Origin: the human T2T-CHM13v2.0 reference genome, Homo sapiens | Strand: one strand, 5' to 3' | Length of the DNA: 64,000 nucleotides | NCBI RefSeq assembly: GCF_009914755.1 | Contig: NC_060928.1 | Shown: positions 12,105-23,200 of the stretch, in pieces | Position numbering within the stretch: position 1 is the stretch's first letter | Layout of the letters: each line of letters opens with the position of its first letter | The notes under the pieces: generated by a model | The model's input: only the letters and a program-made list of their open reading frames with translations | Databases searched by the model: none | Told to the model about the DNA's origin: nothing | Made by a program: the position numbers and the translations under genes

Positions 12105-13588
12105 AAGGATGATTGTTTCCACCATGTCACCATTTAGCTTCTCGGTCTGTTCCCTGTAGAAAACTGGTAGGTCAGGCAAATGACAGTAGATCATGGCAAA
12201 TGCAACCAAGTAGAAGCACTAACTGAAGCTGTTGTGTGCGGTATGTAATATCTTTACTAGAGAAGAACAACACAATATCTGGCATGTGGTATGAGGCTAT
12301 TAATCCACGAATGTGTTCTTTTCAATATTTGTCATAAATGTGGATCAAAAGCAGTTTGTATTCATCTGGCATGGACGTTAATATACAATCATGGTCCTGT
12401 TCCAGGGATATTTTGCAAAACAGATAGGAGGTAGACTCAAATGTCCAGTGGTTGTCAAATATCAGAACAGTCCATTGTATTTATGATATCATCAGGTATA
12501 ATGAGGTCTAATGAGCAGGAAGGGCCAATAATCTGAATGCTTTGTTAGGATATCTGTGTCCCAGAGAGTAGGAAATAAAACGAACGTATCTTCAGGAGCT
12601 GGACAAATCAGTGAAATTTTTAGAAATTCTGTAGTCTACTGCATGCTAGTGCATTTCTTCCAGAGTTAAGACCAAATTTTGCATTTTACTTTACTATCAA
12701 GAAGGACCCAGGCTGTTTGGTAGAACTCTTTGAATTTTAAACACAGCATAAACCACATTTTGGAATGATGCCTCTTTAACAGATGACTCAGAAAGCTGCA
12801 GTTCTGAGTGGGGCCTAGAATGATAGAAGGTTCTGCAGCAATATCAGCTGCAATACAAGCACCCTTGATGCCACAGCAATAATAAATGGCAATACTACTA
12901 GAGGTACCATGATAAATAAAAATGCAATGTGGGCTCTCTGTCAAATCTGAATGGAGAACTGCAGTGAAAACCCTAGTGTTCTGGATCAAGGCCATACTAT
13001 TGCAGCATAGTTCTTTCACCATTTGGAAAGCAGCTCCTAACAAGCTACCTGGCCATAGTAAGACTAAAGGCCTTTGTATGGACATCAGTTGACCATATGA
13101 CTGGAACTATCCCTCATGAGCTTAATAACACATGTTATATTGTCCAGTAGGCAGAGCAGCAATTTATTGAACAATGGAACTAACTCATTATAAGAAAGTA
13201 GGGTTGCTGCTACTTGGGAGAGCAAGAAATATTTTGAAATTTGCGGAAATCCACTGTTGCATATTTTCGTTTACCCACACCCAGGTTTAACTTCAAATAA
13301 GTGATTACAGCAACTACAGCATGATAAGGTTCAAAGGTCAGAGACACTTCACCAGCAAGCCACTTAGACTAACAGAAGTGATCATCAAGAATGAAGGATA
13401 TTTGGAATGAGTCAGAAGAAGGATATGATGAATCAGTTATAACTTTGCAGCTGCAAGTAGTGAGAGCCCATTCGGCTAATCAATGTCTTTTAAGTTTCTC
13501 CTCAGAAACGGTGGCCAATCATCATCTATACAAATCCATGACAGGATGAAATGAGTTCATGTGGATCTGGGTGGCTCAAAGGATGGAC
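12105..13588 (+). pseudogene. ERVL pol remnant (RT plus connection/RNase H-like), integrase deleted, then 3' internal end
   Basis: Plus strand gives NVFFSIFVINVDQKQFVFIWHGR*YTIMVLFQGY (ERVL RT NAFFSIP..QKQFAF.W.G.QYTF.VLPQGY), then KSVKFL and SPFGKQLL..Y.A motifs. Highly disrupted. Confidence 0.85.
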
Positions 13589-14043
13589 GACAGCAGGTGC
13601 TGTGAGTATTCCACCAAAATCCCTTTGGGTCCCTCTCACTGGTTCAGTACACATCTCCTTTGGCTTCTGGGTGCTTTTGTTTCTAAAGTCCCACTACTGC
13701 AATTCTCTTTGGAAAACTTCCCTTTGGCTTCTTGGACAGTTTACCTGCATGTAAAGAGAATCAAAATGGCTGGGAGTTTTTCTCACCCTGAATGACCCTG
13801 AGCCAATGAATGGCAAATACTGGAGGATGAAAGCCTTGCTCCCTTGCCTCAAGAGGGGACAAAGTGAAGTGCATTTTACATTCCAGAATCCCTATGCAGG
13901 AGCAGGGAAATTCTGACTTCTTTCTCTTCCCTGGGCTGCCTTTCTTACTCCTTGGATGTCTTGTCCTAGGAATATTCTCATAGTGAGTCATTGCAAAAAA
14001 ATTATCATCTCAGGATCTGCTGTGATAAACCTGACCTAAGACA
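13589..14043 (+). mobile_element. LTR16-family 3' LTR
   Basis: Preceded by purine tract AAAGGATGGAC. Contains CCCTTGCCTCAAG and ends TCTCAGGATCTGC...AACCTGACCTAAGACA. Confidence 0.8.
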
Positions 14044-16261
14044 GATTCCTATTACACATTTTGTGGGAAATTTGATTACCATTTTGAGTCTGGAATTTAT
14101 GGCAGAGATTTGAGCTAAAAATATCTTGATAGCTGTTGGGCTATTGATTATATATAAAGTTATGAGGCTAAATGAGATCGCCCAAGGAGTGAGTGTATAT
14201 AAATAACATGCTTCAGGACATAAGAAGGTCTCAGACTTTCTTATCTTCTCCCTTGAATAATTAAACTAAATTTATACCCATTTCCTCAACTTTGGTCTCA
14301 GGACAGACCTTAACTCAGGGTCTCTGAAAGTCCTCAAATTAGTCCACCTCATTTCTAGTTATTTCCTAATTATATATCCTACTTTACTTCATCAACCTAC
14401 CAAACTTACCCTCTAAAGGTATATAGTCTGAAGGGATAGATGATTTATAGGTCCATTGTGTTAGCAAACCAAAATGGATCTCTCAATAAATCAGAACATT
14501 AAACACCTGTTCAGAGGTGCAAACACTTGGCTCAGGTTTTCAGCTGAAAAGAATTCTCAGTACATTTTATACATAAGAAACACTTTCACCTTGACCTTGC
14601 TGGAAAGTACTTTGGGATCTTAAAGGCAAGTCTGGAAAAATATGGAGAGATGAAGATTTACAGAAGTAAAATTAAAGTATATATTGGATCAGAAGAAAAC
14701 ACCTATTTAAAATGCTGTGAACCATAGAATACCTTGTACACAGTACGTCATCAAAAAATATTTGTTGAGTAAATTGTACTGAAATTGTACTGACTATCCC
14801 ATGCATCTTTATTTATTGCAGAATTAACTGGTGTGCACATTTTATAAACTTTACCTTGAAATTTTGTAAGATATTTTAAGGTAGAGACTAACTGAAGAAT
14901 TGAAATGACTCTCTGTCATGTAAATGAAGTCTAGTGAATGTAATAGGAAATGATGGAAACTAACTGAAATATCATTTTGTTAAGCTAGTGGCTTTTGAAT
15001 TTCTTCTCATAAACAGATTAGATTTTGTGAGCTGCTTCCTACACACACCAAAAAGCAAAGGATTTTATTTAAAAGAAAATTCTGTTGACTTGAATTGGAA
15101 GTACAAGCCGTTCTTTCCTTTTGACAGTTGGCTTTTGAAAGGTTTTTCTTGGGAGATACATATTACACTGTTGCTAGTTAAATGTAATGATCCTTTACCC
15201 TAGAAGAAATAAAAGGCAAGATTTGGCTGACTTTTCTTCTTGAGGAACCTATTTGTGAGTAATATGTGTGTTAAAAAGCAGTAACAAGCACTAATATAAA
15301 AAAGTATTAAAAACTTAAGTGATGGATAATTGAAAGCTGCCTTTTTCACATCCAAGATATTTTGATAATCTCACATATACTATAGTAAACCTATATAACT
15401 TATCTGTAGCTTTTGGATCAACTGTAACGTATCCAAGGCACACCAACCTTACTTGAATTAAAAAAGAAGAGAAAGAAAGAGAGAATCATAGGTGTAACTG
15501 TCTTATATTTACTAAGACAAACTAGAAATATAAATTAATAAAAAAGTAAATTTTGCAAGGACCATAAAATTCAAAGTATAATTGCTGTTGAATAATATAT
15601 GGTACAAAGATCCAGAGGTAAAAACTTAGGAGATATAATTTTTGATGTTCACGAGCAATTGCACATTTATTATTTATCCCATGTTTGGAATTTTTTACTT
15701 TCACAGTAGCAAGATCATGTTTATAAGACACAGTCCTGAATGGCAAAAATAATAATGTTCCATTTCATACATACTCATTAAGAAAAGTCTCAAGGACCTT
15801 GATGGGTTCTAGATCAATTTCTCTGTTTCTAAGCCAGATGACACTTCAGTGACTGCTGTTGAGCACCAAGACTCTCATGAACTTCCCTGGTAGGTGACAC
15901 TTCTTCACATGAGCTGTCAAACTCATTGAGCTTGACAGTCTCACATAGATTGAGATTGTATGACCTTTATGACTAGACTGAAGATAATGCATTCTATTAT
16001 TTAAAGTTCCATCTCAAAAACCCTTACAAAGTATTTTATATAACTTCTTCCTTATGATCTATGTTTTCTAGCTTCCATGGCTTGGACTTATAACCCTTTA
16101 AACAGCCTTCCCTGACAGTTGATCAATTCACACCCATTCTTCAAGTGCCTTTTTACATACTATGCTTCTAAGAAATTTTCTCTGCTGCTACCCTGTCCCA
16201 ATTAGATGGAAGTGATGGCTCTCCGAATTCCCATAGCTTCTGTCTATACTTCTTTTTTAGG

Positions 16262-16807
16262 TAGCATATTAGGGGTTCCATTCACCACACCCAGGTTCAG
16301 TGACTTTCTGAGAGAACTCAGGACAGAATATACCCATGCTTATGGCTGTGATTTATTTGTATCCTTGTATCCAAAGGATACAAGGCAAATCAGCAAAGGG
16401 AAAAGGCACAGGGAGTGATGGAGTGAAGTCCAGAGGAAACCAGGAGCAAGCTTCCAGAAATTCATCCCAGCAGGGTGTGCTGGGATGTGCTCAATGAGTT
16501 TGACGACACATATGAAGAAGTGTTGCCACCAGGGGAGCTCGTAAGAGCCTCAGTGCTCAAAGTTTTTACTGGGGGCTGAGGGTGTAGGCAACCACATGTA
16601 CCAAGACTCCAGACTCCCACAAGGAAGGCATGTGCTTAGGATAGCTGTGTTGTTTGCAGTTCAGGCACAGTGAATCATCCTTAACAGGTAGGGTGAAGCA
16701 CTACTTATGGAATCTAAGTTTCCAGATGTCAGCCAAGGGCTAATCTTGCCACAGGCTATTCTCAGGATAGGAGTCTCATGCCTGTTATGTGAACTCTTCT
16801 GTGCACT
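16262..16807 (-). mobile_element. MER21-family LTR
   Basis: ACCACACCCAGGTTCAGTGA, AAATCAGCAAAGGGAAAAGGCACA, GTCCAGAGGAAACCAGG.GCAAGCTTCCA, CCAGATGTCAGCCAAGGGC. A short opposite-strand MER21-like fragment lies at ~15860-15928. Confidence 0.8.
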
Positions 16808-18329
16808 GTTAGTTACCCCGTTTCACTGTAAGCTCACTAAGGAATGGGGAAGGAAAGTTTTAAATTATTACTCCATAATTCCCAGTATAGAACAAGATTT
16901 CTGATATGTGACACTCAACTAATGTTGATGATGAGAAAGTCTGATTCATTAAAGAACTGCAAGAAATAGGCAGGAAAGCAGACTTAGAAATATAAAAGAT
17001 AATCTTGCCATTCCATTCTAGATGGAGTCCTTTGTACTCTCTGTGATTTTCCTGTGTCTAAGGACAGGAGATGGCATAAGCAGATAAAAGGTAAGGAAGA
17101 CACCCATTATGAGTAATACTATTACTGACATAAGACAATTTATTATTTATTGTTGAATATATGTATACATTTTATGGAAATAGGAATATGCATTTTTTAA
17201 GGAAATAACTTCAGATCACTAACATTTTCCTTAATCCTGTCCACTCTGCATTTTATTATTATTACACCTAGAAAACATTGCATATATTATAGACCATGTT
17301 CCAATTTATTGGCTGAAAAAGATATTTATTGAGCACTTGCTCGAAGCCATCACTGATAGAAAAATATTAAGAACCCCATAATAAAAATAGCTAATGCACA
17401 GGCCAAACACTGTTCTAAGCACCACTGCAAGAGGTAGATACTAATATATATGCTCCTTTTACAGACAAACTTACTAGGGATGTTAAATAACCTTCCTAAG
17501 AGTTACTCTGCTGTCCATCCAATCACTCCATTATACTGATTCTCATACACTAGAAATGCTCACAGTTTTCAACATAAGCAGTTATTTTGACAAAATTAAG
17601 GAAAAAATCTTGGTTCCAATGTTAAATTTTTCCTCTCCAATGCTTTACAAATTAAACAACTTAAGTATTTCTAGATTTGGCCACTTCATGATTGAAAAAT
17701 TATGTAGTCAATGAATAGTTTTCCACTTATCAATTTAAGAAAAAGTAGTGAGGACTCAACAACATATTTAGCATTGTGACTCATTCTGAACATAAAAGGA
17801 AAGTTAAGTTGGTTTAAATAGGTAAACTCATGTGCACTGAAATCTGTTTATTCCTATCACTGGTTGATGGTTGAGTGTTTGTGGTACAATTTAAGTTATG
17901 TTTAAGAATAGAGTTTTTTTATTTCTCTCCAAATAGGATGCAGTTTTATAATTAATTGTCTCCCACACAGAAGTACAATTAATACATACCAGACCCTGAA
18001 GAAGAACTCATAGAAGGGAAACTAGACTGTGGATTTTTTTGATTTCTTAAAGCATTAAATACTAAAACATGATAAACGGGCTGGATTAAGTAAAACTCAA
18101 AGAGCAGTTTAGAAATGCAGATATAATTTCACCCCTAGATCATGAAACAGTATTTGGTGTGACAAAGGCGTTGTCAGTACTGTTTACAAGTTTTTTGGTC
18201 ATTACTTATTCAACATTAGTATTCAAGTTGAGACAGATGACAGAGTTCTTTGGTTTAGGCAAATCTCTTCATTGTGAAACTAGGGTGATAGATACTTGAA
18301 AGGCATTGTTTTAATTTATAACCACTTCA

Positions 18330-18500
18330 GAAAACCTCCTTCAGGTGACTGATATTATCATCATCCTTATGTCATAAAAGAGGCAACTGTGTCTCGGGAA
18401 GGTAAAGTGAACATCTCAGGGTCATGTAAGTCGGAAGCGACACAGCGGTGACTTACACTCAGATCCTTACTCTCCAGAGTTAGTGCTCTTAACCAGTAGG
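18330..18500 (-). mobile_element. MIR SINE
   Basis: GAGGCAACTGTGTCTCGGGAAGGTAAAGTGAAC..CTCAGGGTCA core and CTCCAGAG....GCTCTTAACCA. Confidence 0.7.
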
Positions 18501-18572
18501 GCACATTGCCTCTCAAATATCTCTGAAGGGACATAGATTTGAATGTAATTAGAAATGTTCACTACCAAGCAC

Positions 18573-18900
18573 TGAGGTACAATTCTCTATGTGTCTGTCA
18601 CATCTCTGCATGTCTTGCAAGCACACACATTGACTGATACTAGACTATCTTAAAGAATGTTAGTATAGTGGATGGTGTTGCAAGACAGAGATATGGTCTC
18701 CCTATGGAGGAATGGCAGGCATGCTTACTCTTATTAAAATATTAGGGTCTGCTCCTATAAACATCCCAGTGTGTGTGCAGATGTTATCTGACCATTGGCA
18801 TTGTCCTGAAAAAACTGGGCTTTGGAAACCAGCATAAGATAATGTTGATACTGTGGTCACAATTTTTTTCTTAATGAGTTATAAAGCCTTTTGATTCTGA
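18573..18900 (+). mobile_element. LTR47-like ERVL LTR, partial
   Basis: ACAATTCTCTATGTGTCT..CACATCTCTGCATGTCTTGCAAGC...ACAGAGATATGGTCTCCCT, homologous to the reverse complement of 59703-60137. Confidence 0.55.
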
Positions 18901-19600
18901 AAACAGAAGAGAAGAAAACAAAAACGTCTCTAAATTGGAAGTTGATCTACTTTCTTTAATGTCTGAAGATTATGACTATTTTGGGGATCCTCTTCAAAGA
19001 AAGTAATATAAAATTACTAATATAAAGTTAATTTCAGGAATGTGGAGGGGTCCTGGCAATTGAGAAGCCTTGAAATGGAATCTCTAATGGTGACAAATCC
19101 ATCTTGCTTCTAATTATATTTTTGAAAGTCATTGTTTTCCATTTTGACAAATGACTCTAAATTACTTTTCACTTCCCAAGCACCAGGTGTATATATCACA
19201 TGGCGACTCATTTTAAAGAATAGCTCTTACATTTTGTTTTTTCAGGCAACATAAAATCTAGAGTATGTCTCTCAAACGATAATCTTTTCAACACTCTGGG
19301 GTCCTACTTAGATTTATATACAGTCTAGGGAATATTTTGTTTTTTTTTTTTAATCCACTGACTCTACAACCTCTAAATATGGCCAAACTGATGTTTTTAT
19401 CAAATTGATTTCTAAAACTTGCCTTGGTGACAAAAATAGTTAAATTCCCCCAGAGTTCAGCCCAAAGTCCAGAAAAATTAAATTCATAAGAATTATACCA
19501 TGAATGTTGATATAGTTTCAACTTGGATATGTGGCAGATCTATGGTGTTTGAAATGAGAGAAAAAACATACTTTACATAATACTATGACAGTAGCAAATT

Positions 19601-19879
19601 GGCCAGACATGGTGGCTCACTCCTGTAATCCCAATACTTTGGGAGGCTGAGGAGGGTGGATCATGAGCTCAGGAGTTCTAGACTAGCCTGGTCAACATGG
19701 CGAAACCCCATCTCTACTAAAAATACAAAAATTAGCTGGGCATGGTGGTGGGCACCGGTAATCCCAGCTACTCAGGAGGCTGAGGCAGGAGAATCGCTTG
19801 AACCCAGAAGGCGGAGGTTGCAGTGAGCCAAGATCTCACCACTGCATACCAGCTGGGGCGACAGAGTAAGACTCTGTCT
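19601..19879 (+). mobile_element. AluSg-like, full length
   Basis: Dimeric Alu with the GGATCATGAG.TCAGGAGTTC 2-bp-deletion form. The tail has become a microsatellite. Confidence 0.93.
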
Positions 19880-19967
19880 AAAAAGATAGATAGAAAGAAA
19901 GAAAGAAGGAAGGAAGGAAGGAAGGAAGGAAGGAAGGAAGGAAGGAAGGAAGGAAGGAAGGAAGGAA
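19880..19967 (+). repeat. Alu-tail purine microsatellite (GATA)(GAAA)n(GGAA)15
   Basis: 15 consecutive GGAA units counted at 19908-19967. Confidence 0.95.
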
Positions 19968-20192
19968 ATTATCTCTTGCACACAGCATGGAAAAAGAAAA
20001 AATAGCCTACTTATTTTCTTGCGTAAAATCATGTCTTCTTATTACAGTAAAAGCTTAAAAGAGTTAAAACCATGAACAAATCACATTTGTGTTCTGCTCA
20101 CAGATAACAATTATAGGTTAAACATTATAAACATTTATGTGAACTCATGAAGTGCAGAAGTCAACAAACAAGAAAATGAGTACTTCACCTAC

Positions 20193-20243
20193 TTTTGAAA
20201 TGTTACTTGATCGACTTGCAGATCGCCCTGGGGATTTTTCATT
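20193..20243 (-). CDS. MARCHF1: Internal 51-nt coding exon of membrane-associated RING-CH E3 ubiquitin ligase MARCH1 ([17 protein letters not shown], N-terminal cytoplasmic region before the RING-CH domain)
   Basis: Minus strand: cccattttatttttcag|AATGAAAAATCCCCAGGGCGATCTGCAAGTCGATCAAGTAACATTTCAAAA|gtaggt. Phase 0/0, with retained CpGs. The peptide matches remembered human MARCH1 ...[30 protein letters not shown]. Flanking exons are not in the window. Confidence 0.93.
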
Positions 20244-23200
20244 CTGAAAAATAAAATGGGAAACATTAATTAAAAGAAGGTATGGTACTTTCACCATACT
20301 GTACCACTGAGAAGAGAAACCACAGCACAAGGAAATCTGTGAATGCTCTCTATATTGTTTTGACTAATACACATATTAATTGCTTACACAGAATGCTTTT
20401 TTCTTTTATGAAATCATATTTCTCTAATATATATTAGTGTACTTTAAAAATGCTTCAATTAATATCTGAGTATTAATCAGGTTACAAGTATTTGTTTCCA
20501 GGAAATAATTATTTCTCCAGAAAAATTTTTGAAATTCTTCGGCACTAAAATTAGACAGTAAAACTGTAGTCTACCATTTCCCCTCTTGCCCTTGCAACTA
20601 GGAAAGTTTGAGTCAATTCTGGTTTTCAATATCATTAAATATTCTGTGCTGGGTATATGCTATATACATCCACCTCGTATTCTTCTAAACTGCATTTTAT
20701 TTATTTTTTGTTATTTTACATACTCTGAAATTAAAACATTTACTTTTTAAAATTTAAGATGCTTCTGACTGTATATGTTTCAATTAAAACTTAAAACTTT
20801 TATAAATATTTATATCCTCAGTTCTTTCCTCTTAAAGAATTTTTTTATTTAGCAGAAAAGAGGCATGAAAAAAGCTTTTGAATAAATGTTTTTTAAAAGG
20901 TCATATAATTTTAAAGTAGAAATGGACCTTAAGTAGTTGGGCCCTCCCGTTTGAAGCCCAGAGACATTGTGTTCCTGAAAATTATATAGCTACTTTTTCT
21001 ACTCTGCCAATTATGTGCTGATAGATGATCAACTGGAAAAATCAGAGTTTATAAGCATTATGCATTCTACATGTAGAAAGAGATCAAAGATCAAAGGACA
21101 CCTCTACTTCTGTAGAGAAAATGTTGTTGGAACAATCAATTCTGAATACTAAAAGTTTATAAAGGATCTGACATAACATTGTCATTGAAATAATTTACCA
21201 ATGTAAGAATTCCTTTTGTTTTTTTTTTAACTTCTGGACTCAGCCCCAAAGTGGGCCTGAGTAGGCAACTGCAATGCATCTTGACATAGGTCATTTTTGA
21301 GAACTAAGTTGTTATAACAACCCGTGGGGCTGAAATTGCCCATGATGACTACTTGAGACAGTTTTAGAGACACAGTGATGACAGGATATGGCAGATGTGT
21401 TATTGCAGAAAAACAGTGGCTGCATTCACTGCAAACTGTCACTGTGTCATGTGCAGGCTTACAGATATTCCAGCTGAACAGTACTTTTTCCTTTACATGC
21501 AACATCCATCTCATACAACCACTGATGTCACTGTGGAGCATGTTATTACAGACCGAGATGAGTCACAACGATACGGTTAGTTACAGCTCATAACAGCCCC
21601 ATGCTCCAGCTGGAGATTAATGTATATGCTACCACAGACATTTTTCCCTGATTAGCTCCACTGGTGATGGAGGGAGGCACTTTTCTACTGACGTCTCAAC
21701 TCCTCTTCTAGAGACTAGAAAACAAAATCAATCCATCTTTCCTTCTCAGTGAAATTTAGGATTTTGACACATTATTGTGTAGGACAGAGTCACATAATAT
21801 AATAGGCTTTGGGAGAGACTGGTAGCAGTGGTTATTTTGTTATGTTTTCTATATTTACATGACATTTGAGAACATGATTAAGAACTAGAATTGAAAGGTG
21901 CTGCCACAGGAATCACGCAAAATAAGAAATTTAATTTTGCATAGGATTACTTAATTTTTCACACTGAATGGGACTTTATGGTGTTTTGAGATAAAACAAG
22001 AAAGGCCAGATTCACTTTACAATGTGTGAGTTCACCACACAGTTATAATAAGAATATTATTTCCACACTCTCTACCAGCATCTGCCAATCTAATGGGGGA
22101 AAAGCATCTGATTGATTATTTAATACTTCAAAGGATCTTTTAACTTGAAATGGATTGGCTTTATTTTCTCCCAATATAAGGTCAGGCATTGAAATAAACA
22201 AACTTAGGCAAAGGTTAACCTTTTTGCCACGGCTACGTTCTCTATTGTTTCTACACCAGTACATGGAAGAGGAAAGTGCATCAGAAAAGTTAACACGTGG
22301 TAGGACAGTGGTGTACGCTATGCTGTGCTGGCAGTGATGTAAACTGAGAGACTGCCTTGCAATGAGAACTCTAGTGATGTGCTAATTCTGGCAGGAGTAC
22401 ATTGTTTGACATTCCTGGACTTCAATTTCCTCATTGTAAAATTGGGGAGATAATATCTTGGAAATCTGTGTAAGGAACAAATGAGTTATAAATGAAAACA
22501 TTTTATAAATTGTGAAGTTATGATATTTCCATTATAATTCACAGGTATAAGAAACACTGAAAGAGCTTTCTTTAAAAATCATGGTGATCATCATAGGTCA
22601 CTATACAATTTTTTTTTTTACATAAACATCTTATTTTCTATATCTTGCAATTCTGCCTTTGATTCTGGCACATAAAATTTAAAAATTAAAAATTAAATCA
22701 TTCTCTGCCCAGGGGGATTAAGAAAATTGGTTTGCCTTGCTTTTGAAGCAAAGCACCAGAAACATTTCCTCTCTTGGAAAACGTCCAAAGCAATCTGTCC
22801 AATTTGCTACTAATTAATTGGGTGGCTTGTCCCATTACTATTGCAATGTCATACTCTTCTTTGAAGATTAGTCAATATGGTTGTCATACCTCATTACAAT
22901 CAGTTTAACTACTTTACCTTAGATTAAAAATAAGCTGTCTCAGAATCTCAGAATCTAACATAACTTACTGGCACCCAAATTATAGTGACCTTGTAGGTCA
23001 ATAAAAGTTGGAAGCAACAAGAGTTCCTAACAAGTCTGCGTGGAATGGAGAGGATCATTAAGCAGTAATGTTGGATTTCAGCATGTCATTCATAGTATAC
23101 AGACAGGGAGAGAGACTTCCAGTTTCCTAAGTTTTATTGAAAATATTTTCAAGAAGTTTCTAATTTTTGGTTTGCTATGAATGTGTCTGATATTAATAGT

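Noticed and set aside
12666-13085. 139-aa minus-strand ORF
   Set aside because: Antisense to the decayed ERVL pol on the plus strand, with no coding hallmarks.
20145-20330. 61-aa ORF as a complete gene
   Set aside because: Only the central 17 codons bounded by AG/GT match MARCH1. The rest is intron read-through.
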